This document shows positions 48,658 through 58,911 of a stretch of DNA of 61,787 nt, in pieces (within the stretch, counting starts at the first letter, position 1; each line of letters opens with the position of its first letter). Source of the stretch: Emiliania huxleyi CCMP1516 (taxonomy: Eukaryota). The translations under genes and the position numbers were made by a program. The stretch covers positions 372,001 through 433,787 of the forward strand of contig NW_005201732.1 in NCBI RefSeq assembly GCF_000372725.1, written 5' to 3'. The notes beneath the pieces were generated by a model. It had not been told where the DNA came from. It made no database searches and saw only the letters and a list, made by a program, of their open reading frames with translations.

Positions 48658-49510
48658 CGCCTACCGGACGTGACTCGGTGGACGGCGGTCAGGACGGGCT
48701 GCTAGACGCATGGGGAAACGACAGAGAGTACTGCACTTGCGTTTGGGGCTGCTTGGGTGGGGATAGGGCGGGCGCCTGGGTCATGAGCGTGATCTCGGTC
48801 TATGCGTCGTCGTCTGAAGCCGCCGCCGCCTCCCCTCCCTCTGCCTGCCGCACCGCGGCATCCACTACTGCATCGGGGATCGCGTAGAGCTCCGCACTAA
48901 TGGCCGCCGCGCTCGCAGCCGCCGCTGCAGTCGCAGCCGCCTCTGCCGCCTCTGCCGCCGAGTACCACAGCTGCGCGCCAGCGTTCCAACACGCCCCGCA
49001 CATCCTCTGAAAGCGGCACCTGTCCCCGGGCTCGCGACTGGAGTCGAAGTAGGGCTGGCAGAGGGTCGGCGGGTCGTGTATCATCGACTGAGCGGCACAC
49101 CTTGCGCCAATGCAAGGGAACCGGTGCTTTGTCGCCTGCAGCGCCGGCGCTCCATAGGGCACGCCGCGCCAGGTGTGCGGCACATATAGAGGAGCTGGGG
49201 TTGCTGACGACGTTGCCGCCGTGGAGGCCGATGGTCCGGCGCCCACGGCTTGGTTGGTAGCCATCCCCGCAACCTCGGACGGCGCGGAGGGCAAGCCCCC
49301 CGCGCCGTCCAGCACCCCCGTCGAACACGGGGGCTGAGCGTCGAACACGCCCGTGTTCGACGGGTGGGGGGCAACCAGTTCCGGCGCTCCCCTACCGAAC
49401 CACGCACCGCCCGCCCATGCCGACTTCCGTCCTCCCGCCGCCCTCCCCCCTTCCCGCCCCTCCGCCCTCGCCATCCCCCATCTGTGCGCCCCTCCCCGTC
49501 CGCTCCCTCC

Positions 49511-49725
49511 TGGCTTGTCAGCCGCCCCACCGAGGGCACCATGAAGTGTAGCGATCGCCATCTCGCTGGCCTCTCCGCAAGGCCCCCCGACCGCGTCGAA
49601 CTCATCGGCGCGGGCTCTCTCGGCTACGGGACCGGCCCCAGCTTCGGCTGAGGGCTGACAAGCTGCCGAGCCCAAATCACACTGTGAGCGTCGTGATTTC
49701 TTGTTGGTTTTCTAAAATCTCTCTC
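49511..49725 (-). repeat. Dispersed repeat family A, partial inverted copy
   Basis: Reverse complement of about 18355-18575. Confidence 0.9.
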
Positions 49726-49955
49726 GAGTGCAACTGGGGCTAAAAAATCGAGGAAATCCGCAGCGGCCTCCTCCTATGCGTGTTTTTAACTGCCCAGCCT
49801 AATGTGGCGAAGCCCGGGGCAAGGAGAAGGAGAAGAAGGAGAACTCCACTCAAAAAAGAAAGTCAGGAAATATCCAAGAACTGCCTCGCTGGTGAGGTCG
49901 ACCCCACCTTTTTCTGTGCTCTACCGACGGCTGAGCAGCATCAAGCCAGCGCTCG

Positions 49956-51095
49956 ATGGGCGGCTCCCTCGGCAAGGCGGAGCTCGCGCTGCTCGACCAT
50001 GGCGTCAGGTGGTGGAGCGATCAGGGTGGCGCTCCCGTCTCGTACACGACGCTCGACGTCCCGCTGCACGACGGCGACGGCTCTCACATCCACACTGTCG
50101 AGTACTTTTCCAAGGGCGGCCAGAAGGGGGCGAAGCGAGCGCCGCTCGTGTGCCTGCACGGGTACGGCTTTGGCACGGGCCTGTACTTTAGCACGATGCC
50201 GTCGATCGTCGGGCGGTGGGGCGGCCGCGTGTTTGCGCTCGACTCGCTCGGCTGCGGCCTGTCTAGCCGGCCGCGCTGGAGGCTGGCGCAGGGCGAGTCG
50301 GCCGACGTCGCAGAGGTGGAGGAGTTCTTCGTCGGCGGGCTCGAGCGCTGGCGGAAGAGCATGAAGATTGACCGGATGGTGCTGCTGGGACACTCGATCG
50401 GCGGGTACCTCGCCGTCGCCTACGCGGAGCGGTACCCGCAGCACGTCGACCGGCTGATCCTGGCCTCTCCCGTGGGCGTGCCGCACCCGCCCGCCGAGCT
50501 GGCGGCCGCGATCGGCGACGCGCCCTTCCTGGTCCGCACGGTGCTCGGCATGTGGAGGAGTGGGTGGAGCCCGATGACGCTCGCCAAGCTCGGCCTCGGC
50601 AACATGATGATGCGCGGCTACGTGAGCCGCCGCTTCGCCGACGTGGACTGGATCCCAAAGGACCTGCTCCAGGCGTACCTCTACCAGAACTGGTCGGGCG
50701 GCCGCAACAGCGGCGGAGGCTACGCGCACAGCACGCTGCTCGTCCCGGGCGGTCTCGGCGAGCTGGCTTACGCGAGGCAGCCGCTCGTCGATCGGATCCC
50801 GCGCCTGCGCGTGGGCCGCATCTCGGCCATCTACGGAGAGTTCGACTGGATGGACCACCGGAACATGAAGGCGCTCAAGACGAGCCTGCTCAAGAGGAAG
50901 GCCGAGGCGGGCCTCGAGGCGCCGCTCATTGAGGTGATCCGCGTGGCGAGCGCGAGCCACCAAATCCCGATCGACAACCCGCTCGGCTTTGCGGAGGCCG
51001 TCCTCGACTCGTGCAACGACGCGGACGCCGCCCACGGCACGACGGTGGGAGGCTCGCGGGGCGCGATCGGGCGGCTCGTGCCGGGGTATCACTGA
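49956..51095 (+). CDS. ABHD4/ABHD5 (CGI-58/Ict1/Cld1)-like alpha/beta hydrolase, intronless
   Basis: LHGYG, D..G.G.SSRP, LGHSIGGY nucleophile motif, LILASPVG, YGEFDWMD, HQIPID (HxxxxD acyltransferase motif). Confidence 0.92.
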   Translation: MGGSLGKAELALLDHGVRWWSDQGGAPVSYTTLDVPLHDGDGSHIHTVEYFSKGGQKGAKRAPLVCLHGYGFGTGLYFSTMPSIVGRWGGRVFALDSLGCGLSSRPRWRLAQGESADVAEVEEFFVGGLERWRKSMKIDRMVLLGHSIGGYLAVAYAERYPQHVDRLILASPVGVPHPPAELAAAIGDAPFLVRTVLGMWRSGWSPMTLAKLGLGNMMMRGYVSRRFADVDWIPKDLLQAYLYQNWSGGRNSGGGYAHSTLLVPGGLGELAYARQPLVDRIPRLRVGRISAIYGEFDWMDHRNMKALKTSLLKRKAEAGLEAPLIEVIRVASASHQIPIDNPLGFAEAVLDSCNDADAAHGTTVGGSRGAIGRLVPGYH

Positions 51096-53199
51096 GACTC
51101 TGGCGGCGGCTCCCGAGACTCTCATCAAAGCTCGGTGCTCCGCACCACCTGAGCGGTGAGATGTGTGTATTTGATACAGTGTTTATGACAACCGATGTGC
51201 GATAGAGTGACGTGTGTGGAGGGTCCAGAGTCTGCGCGAATCGGTGATAATCTGTTACAAACGCGAAACGGACGAGACGGTCGAGACCGAGACGCGGCGT
51301 TCGCGGAGCTTTCTCGGCTCGCTTTTACGGTCTTTGCCGTTTCCCGTTTGCGTGAATTTGCGATTCGTTGCACGTTGGAGGGCGGGGAATATGGCACTGG
51401 GACTTTTCGGTGGTCGAAATGCGGCGGGGCGGAGATGCGTCCTCTTGTGGGACGCCCATTGGGACGACCTGACTGACACCCCTGTCGCCCAGCCCCTTGG
51501 CAGCGATCGATGCCGGCGCCGGAATGCGGCGGCGGGAGGCACCACGAGCGCAATGAAAAAATTGTAACAAGTGGAACTGCGTTCATGCGGTTCTAGATGG
51601 GGCCTACATGATACGTCCATGATACATACATGATACAGGGTGCGAGGAGGCGAGATGCGGGGGGCACAGCTTGGACGACAGGCGCGCAAGAGACAGAAGA
51701 CTAGGTCCAGCCCTGGGTGGCGCAGGTTGTGACATTTGGCGATTCCGCGACTTACTGGGCCCCTGAGCCGCTACCCGTGTGCGATTTTTTGTGGCCCGGG
51801 CATGATACTGATAGTAAACGGGTCAGAACCGGCCAAACACAGGCTACAGCCCCACACACGCGCCCGCCATAGCTCCTGGAGAGCATGCGCGAGTGACGCG
51901 CTACAAGCCGCGAGAGTGGCATCAGAGGCAGGAACGACGTGCTCTTGCTGCACCTCGCAGCTGCACCGAGTGTGCTCGCAGTGTATGCCACGGCCACCGA
52001 CTGCGGCATTGCTCTCGTGCAGCTAGGCGACGCAGGTCCATCAGCAGGGCTCATCCAATGCGAGCGCACATTGTGCGTAGCCGCAGGCAGGTGGCAGTGC
52101 ACGGCCGCACACCGGCTGTGGCGGCTCGTATGCCCCCGGCAGTGCTGCTAGTCATTAACTTGCGTATTAGGGCCGCAGCAGACTGCTGCTGTGGCAGCAG
52201 CAGCAGCAGCCTGCTGCCTGATTCAGTCAAGCCAGCGGCGCAGCGAGGCGTGCAGAATTTGCGTGGTTTTGTTCCTCCTGAGGCTGAGCGCATTCGAGCC
52301 CTTCGACCGGAGTTGGATGGTACCACGCGTCTCACTGAGACGCGGGGTACTGGCCATGGCCGGACTACGGAGCGTGAGGTGGCGAGCGGAGCGAGCGACA
52401 AAACAACGAGAAAAACACGGATCTGACGATTGTCACAGAACGTCAGATCTTGCGCCACCCAGGGCTGGACCCAGTCAGAAAGCCAGGGAACAAAGAGGAG
52501 GCAAGTAGGGGGGGCGGCTCGTAACTGAGGTTCGCCTTCAGGGACAGCCGCCTCCCTGAGTGGTGCTTGTTGTTCATAACGCTACTTACCTGTACTTGTG
52601 ACCACGATCGATGCGAGGACGCAAGTCCACACCAACCTCGGCCATTCCAACGGCCAGACCGCTCGCTTAAGGCTGATTGGCTAGACGAGCGGTCTACCCC
52701 CGACGGGGCGGTCTGGATCACGGGGGATGACATCCTGCCTCCCGGCACGCCGGGAGGAGGTGGGTGCTCCGCCGCCAGACCCCCCCCTCTCCATCACCCT
52801 CGCCCAGGGATCTACAACGCTGTCTTAAGGTCCGACAGGTTCGGCACCGGGCACCGCCTCGGTATACAAAATGCGCCTGCGGGCGGACCCTTACAGATCA
52901 CAGATCACATGATACAGTATCAGTTAATTCTAATATAGTTAACTAGTTTGAACATAAGAAGGACGGACGGACGGAAACCGGATACGCCGATGACTTTTAA
53001 AGGACTTGTCCTTTACAAAAGGACACCTTGATCTCGCGTTTTCGCTCCCATTGAGCTCTCTGCAAGCCTCTCCTGGGCATTGAGGTATGCTACCATGTCC
53101 ACCTGACAGCCTCCAGGCGGTGGGGTCACGACCCAGCCCAAGCAACACATTCAAAACCGACCCGGAGACGTACCCGCAACCGTTTGTCCTTTACGCCCG

Positions 53200-53679
53200 C
53201 TAGTCCTCATCACTGTCCACAATCACCTGCCGCTTGCGTAGGGGGGGGGCTGCAGCCTGGGAGGAGGGCGCAGCAGGCGCTTGGCACCTTTGGACACGCG
53301 CCCAAGCACTCCCTTCACCATCTTCTTCACTATGAGCCCGCCCGGTTTTGAGCTTGCGTCCCAGTCGCTGCAGCGGCTCTGTCAGCGGACCAATCTTGCG
53401 GTAGCGGCGATCAATTGCGTGCTGCTGCTTGGCGTTGCGCCTTCGGGGAAGGATGTGGTCCTCCTCTGTCAGTTGGCTGTTGGTGGTGAAGATGCGTGGC
53501 ATGTACTGCGGGAGGGTGCCGTTGTTGTAGCGGCATTTGATGCGCTCGCTTGGCGGTGAGCTGGCTCAGCACGTCTTCATTCGAGAGCTCGCCGCGGCCG
53601 AGTGCGGCGTACGTCAGGTGGTACTTGCGGGCGGGTTGATGACGCTCACGTCGGCCGGGGCACCACCCACTAGCTGCAT
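53200..53679 (-). pseudogene. Internally deleted CRESS-DNA-virus-type Rep (RCR motif I joined to SF3 helicase C-terminus)
   Basis: ARKYHLTYA (motif I-like) followed about 70 nt later, in another frame, by IKCRY (motif B), RIFTTN (motif C) and AIDRR (Arg finger). Confidence 0.7.
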
Positions 53680-55347
53680 GATCACCGGCGGTCACTGGTC
53701 ACCGATCACCGGCCTTTGGAGAGTTCTCTGTAGCCGGAGGGGATGTTGACCTTTAGCTGTTGGGGCCACCCTTCCGCTTTGGTTTTTTCCCCACAGACCA
53801 CTCGGGCAGCTTTTACCAAATGCCAAAGTTGCACTTTACCACTCGGGCAGATTCGATTGGATTTTACCACGGGCAAACTCGATGAAACGGCGGACGGAAA
53901 ACGCCTTCGCGGCCGCTCGCCGGAGAGCTATGCATGAAGCGGCCGGCGCCGCCGCAGCTCACCGATGGAGCTTGCGCCGCGGCTCAATCCACTGGCGCAG
54001 CAGCATTGCGACACATTCTCCAAGCACGGCCTCTGGCGTTGCGATTGCACAGAGAGCGAGCAATAGTCGCCAAAAACACTGATCTGTGTGCAGTGGATCT
54101 CCATGGCGGTCGCGCCCAGGGAAAGGACAACCGCGGGCCTCGAATGCTCGCCCGGACGCGGACCCACCGTGCGAGTTGCAGACCCGGAGGTGGCCGACCC
54201 AGCTCACCCCCAGAGAGGCCATGCCCAGGGTCAGGCATAAAAGGGGGGTGTTTTTCCGCCCGTGCTTGTTACTCAAGTGCTCAAGTTTGGCGCAGGGGTA
54301 CACGATACACACATGGTACACATGAATCGTCGCGTGGTGATACGCATGATGATACAAACACGTGTATGATACAAACAACAATGATACGTATCGGATAACA
54401 ACCCCCCCCCAATCTGATAACAAACCCTTACAGTTGAAAATTGTGGAGATGTGGACACACCGGACATACATACATCGGCACAAATTGGGGTTGGTCACTC
54501 ACGCACCCCACGGACTGCACACGACCTCCTGAGCACAGGCCACAGAAATGCCGAAACACCGTCGCCGCAATCGCCCGTTCACACCCCACGCAAGTCTCGA
54601 GGTCCGGGTATCCAGGGCAAGATGACGATGTTCGGGGACATTTGGACTGGCGACCGGCACGCGGTGGGCTTGGAGAAGGCGCAAGGGTTGATGCAGCGGC
54701 AAGTGCAGCGTGGCTACCGAGCCGTGCGGTGAGTGTGCCATGCCGCCACGTCTCTCCTACCCCTCGCCCCCGCGGCAGAAGCACCCGGGTGGTCCAAGGG
54801 GTGCTAGAGCCCAGCGTCGGAAACTCGCACACGCGCACGAGATTGAGCGGCTCAGAGTGAGCCGCGAGCAGCGAGAGAGAGCGTGAGACTGCGAGCGCGC
54901 GCGGGTCGCGACGGACCGAGAGAGCAGAGTGTGGTGACATTCGTACCTTTGGGACTCGATGGGACTCGGTGCACGGCGTGGAGGAGGCAACCGAGGCCCG
55001 TGCCCAGTACTGTGGACAAGCGCTGCGTCTTGGGACCCGGGTTTTCTGTGTTTCAGCCGCCCAACAAAAAGAAAAAAACGGCAATTTTACACACACACAC
55101 ACACAGGGAAACGCCGGGCTTCACAAAAAAGAAAATGAACCAGGCCCGTCCTCGCAGCCCTCCCTTGGCATGTCTGTTTTCTTTCTTTCTTTGCTTGCTA
55201 TAAACTGGGCCAGAACGTCGGCCCGCGAGGTGGATGCTAGCATGAGCCCGATGAGTCGCAGTGCTCTTGCGTTTCGGCGGTAGTGATGTAATCGAATGCC
55301 ACGTTCGGATCGCTCCTCATCGCAAACCCCGTCAGCAGTCCTCCTCC

Positions 55348-55415
55348 GGGAATGTACGTAAGAGCTACATACACTGAGAGAGTGTTCTCCCAGTAAGCTA
55401 AAAGTATACACTGAG
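55348..55415 (+). repeat. Dispersed repeat family C copy
   Basis: Matches 8553-8590 joined to 8737-8768. Confidence 0.75.
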
Positions 55416-55977
55416 CGAGAGAGATAGGGTGCCCACAGGACCCAAAAGAAAATAGCTTTCCTGCTCAAAAAGGGACGCACGAGGCAAATCTGATGTTGGA
55501 TTGTTCCAATAGGAGAGAGGCCTCTTCCGTTGGGGGACCGAGTTCATAGGAAACGAGGGTTTCCCATTGTGTCCCGCTCCAGCGCGAGCGTGACACTGCA
55601 CTTGGCGCCGAGCGCCCGCGGCTCAGACCTTGTGCAGGCCTACCCTCGGTGGGAGCACCGGTCCGGACCGATGGCGCTCGGTGTGGAGCAAGCAAGACCC
55701 CCCCCCCCCCCCCCATCGGCGCGCGCTCGCCATTCCAACGGCCGCCAGGAGCACCAAGAGGACTCCTCATGGCTGCTCCCAAGTGGGCTTCGACCGGCCT
55801 CGGCTGTGGGGGCGGGTTGTCCCGGCTGCGGACGCCTTCTGCAGCCCCCTGGGATGGGGACTGCACCCCAAAACTGCCCCACGGCGGCATACAGCACTGC
55901 CAGCCAGCCTCTTCCTCCTCCTCAAGGACTGCGCCCCCCAAAAACTTCTGCCTGTCCCCGCCCTGTCGATTGATTGC

Positions 55978-57100
55978 ATGACAGCCTCCCATTCATCCTC
56001 CTCGATGTCGACGTGCCCGAGCGTTGTCGACCTGATGCTCGCCGCCTTCCCCGAGGAGCTGAGCGTTCAAGGTGAAGCAGAAGAAGGTCCTCGTCCTCAA
56101 CATCAAAAAGGTCACCGTCGCACTCCGCCTCGCTGCCAAAGAGCTCTCGATCGGCAGCGTCGAGGGCTGCCAGCTCGCTCCCATCGAGATCGCCCGACGG
56201 GCGGCCGATCGCGATCCGTTCTTCCAGCTGGTCGAGATTCATCGCGCCGTCGTCGACGAAATCAGTCGCCCGCCTGGAGCTCACACGCTCCACATCCGCC
56301 GCGAGAAGACTCATCACAGCATTGTACACGGCGCAAAGACGATTGAGCTCAGGCGCGCGGACGGCGCGTTTGCAAGCATCCGCGCGGGCGACACTGTCAC
56401 GTTCACTCACACCTCGCGCGAGGTGAAGACGACTGTGACGCGCGTCGAGCACGCCGAGTCCCTCGAGCAGCGGATCCACAGCTGGCGGCGCGCAGCTGTC
56501 CCAACAGCCCACACCGATAACGAGGCCATCTCGTACGTCGCGGAGGTCCTCAGCCCGCGCGTACCTGTCCTCGCAATTCACTTCATCACCGCCGAGAACG
56601 CGTTCCGAGCTGCAGTCATGCACCACCTGCAGCAGAACTTTGCAAACGCAGACGCCGTGACTTCTGAGGCGTTCACGGCGACCCGCGCCGGGGGATGCAA
56701 GTATGCCCTGCTCGCAATCCTCAGCAGCAGACGGGGGCGGATTCTACACAGCGCGACGAATTGCTGCACCGGCACTTCCAGCGCCGGGGGGCACGCAGAA
56801 CGCCAGGTGCTGGACGGCTACCTGGAGTCTGACCGCAGACTACCACGCGCGTGCGTTCGCAATCTCACGCTCACGGTGCTGAGATTCGATGCAAAGGGAT
56901 CGCTTGCAATGGCTCGGCCGTGCGCCGAGTGCTGCAAGCGCATCCGCCGTGCTGCGGCGCACGTAAAGCGCGTGCGCTGGTCGACTGGGTGTGGAGAGGA
57001 CGTCGAGTGTTGCAACAGCAAGTGTATCGAGGGAACCCCGACCCGATGGATGCAGCAGCATATGTCGGGGCACACGCCGAATGGACCCTCGGTGAAGTGA
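55978..57100 (+). CDS. ASCH domain + Zn-dependent cytidine/dCMP-type deaminase fusion; probable frameshift near 56065
   Basis: SIVHGAKTIELR...IRAGDTVTF (ASCH GxKxxExR); HAE...LTVLRF...ARPCAECC...VKRVRWS (deaminase). The main ORF lacks an ATG start; upstream ATGs are in a different frame. Confidence 0.8.
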
Positions 57101-57286
57101 TATCTCCTCCGTGCCGTGTGTGCCCCACACAATTCTGATATCGAACGGCATGTGAAAAGTGTAGCTGGGGGGGGGCGCGGGCGTGCAACCGGAACCGCCC
57201 GGACATGTGCGTCCGAGATGGGTGCCGGATAGTGGATTGGGGGTCTGCGTCTGGGGGCGGTTGCCCCTCTGGAGACCGCGCAGGCA

Positions 57287-57436
57287 TCGAAAAAAATGGG
57301 TGGGAAGGCGGTTTCACAAGCATTCTATACAGGGCGGGGACCTGTTCCTTTTTACCCATCTCTCCTAGTAGAGGTGTCCGTTTTATTTATTTATTTAAGC
57401 ATTCTACATGAAACCGCCCCCACCCATTTTTTTCGA
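57287..57436. repeat. Inverted repeat (~30-bp arms, ~90-bp spacer)
   Basis: tcgaaaaaaatgggtgggaaggcggtttca versus tgaaaccgcccccacccatttttttcga. Confidence 0.85.
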
Positions 57437-57537
57437 CCCTGCTCCAACGTAGTACGTACAGGGTGGTGCCCTTAACCCTTTATCATTTAGCCAAACATGC
57501 AGAGAGCCCCCCGCGAAGAGGAGCCATGAAAAAGAAT

Positions 57538-58137
57538 CCCTGGTGCCGACGATTTTTTTCGCGGTATCCGCGGCGGGATATGGCGGGATATGGCGGGATA
57601 CCGGGAGATACCGGGAGATACCAGGAGATACACGTGGATATGATGAGATACGGAGCCCCCACGATGTGTTCACGACAACGTCCGTGAAGCTAATCGGAGC
57701 GACGGGCGAAACTTCGCGCTTCGACCGGCCGTGATCTGCCGTGCGGCTAAGCGCTCGATTCCCATGATTGGCGAGAGCTCGTCATCATCGATGAAGCACC
57801 GCAAGGACAGCCTTGATCGCCGACCAGGAGGATGGTCACCTGCAGCCGGCGGCCTCAGTCGGTCGGGGGGGAGCGGGGGGCCAGGCTGGGCCGCTCGCGG
57901 GCGCACAGGAATCCGGCACTCGCGAGGGAGGCGCTCGATGCTCGCGCTCTGCGGCCGGAGCGCGGAGAGGCCGGGCTGCTCGGCGTGAGGCGGGCAGGAT
58001 ATGGCAGGATATGGCAGGATATGGCGGGATATGGCGGGATATGGCGGGATATGGCGGGATATGGTCAGATATGGTCAGATATGGTCAGATATGGAGAGAT
58101 ACATCAAGATACCGCCAAAAAATCGTCCGCACTAGGG
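57538..58137. mobile_element. MITE-like element: imperfect terminal inverted repeats with internal 10-mer arrays
   Basis: ccctggtgccgacgatttttttcgcggtatc versus gataccgccaaaaaatcgtccgcactaggg; (gatatggcgg)n arrays at 57575-57630 and 57995-58110. Confidence 0.55.
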
Positions 58138-58911
58138 CTAAAAGACTTGGGTCGCGCTCTGAGCGTGCTGGCCGCGCGTCCAAGCTGCCATCAGGACTGA
58201 CATGGAGCCTCGGAGAGCCGGCCGCCGCACATCTGCAGCGACGGAGAGCACCTCGGGTTGCGGCAGCGCAGTGCCTGGAGCTGCATGCGCTACACGATCG
58301 GCAGCGACGGCAACGCAGCGGATGGCATCGGCGGCAAGGCGCGTCGAACATTTTGAGAGGTAGACCTATTGTTTTGTGAGTCAGAGCGAGCTTAGAGGCC
58401 AGTGGTGTCGTGGTTCGTTGTGCCCATGCGTGTCGGATAGCGACGCTGCGAGACGTGCGAATAAGGTGGACATCAATTTTTTGGGAGATAAAACCTATAC
58501 TTCTGGGTTTTTCGTGGTCCTTAGGGCCAGGACCGGATGACATACCAAGTTTCACGTAAAGCCATGAAGATAGGATCTCAGTCTGAGTCGCCGTCGCGGA
58601 CAAAGAGCTTGAGGCGGACCTTGTCGACCTTGTGGCTCGCCATTGTGAGCCTGAGGATGTTGCTGTGCACCTCGGCGTCCGCCTCGACGTGCTCCATGCT
58701 CTGCGGCGCGCGAGCAAGCGTTGCAGCGAGATAGAGCGCTTTGGCGACGCAGATGGGATGGAAGTGGGTGTGCCAGACGTGCCGGGCACCCGCTATCACG
58801 TGGAAAGGTGTGCCGAAGCTGTGCCGGGCACTTGCTATCACGTCCAACCAGACGGCGATAGAGCGTTTTCGAGCACTGGCTCGCACCAGTCACCAGAATA
58901 CCCTGGTACCA

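Noticed and set aside
52922..52944. agttaa-ttctaatatag-ttaact stem-loop as a CRESS origin
   Set aside because: Short AT-rich stem, and the loop does not match NANTATTAC
53470..53505. HATHLHH as Rep motif II (HUH)
   Set aside because: It is an alternative-frame reading of the codons for the helicase segment YMPRIFTTN, so it is probably coincidental
54441..54490. WRCGHTGH as a gag zinc knuckle
   Set aside because: First and last Cys are missing and no retroelement ORF follows
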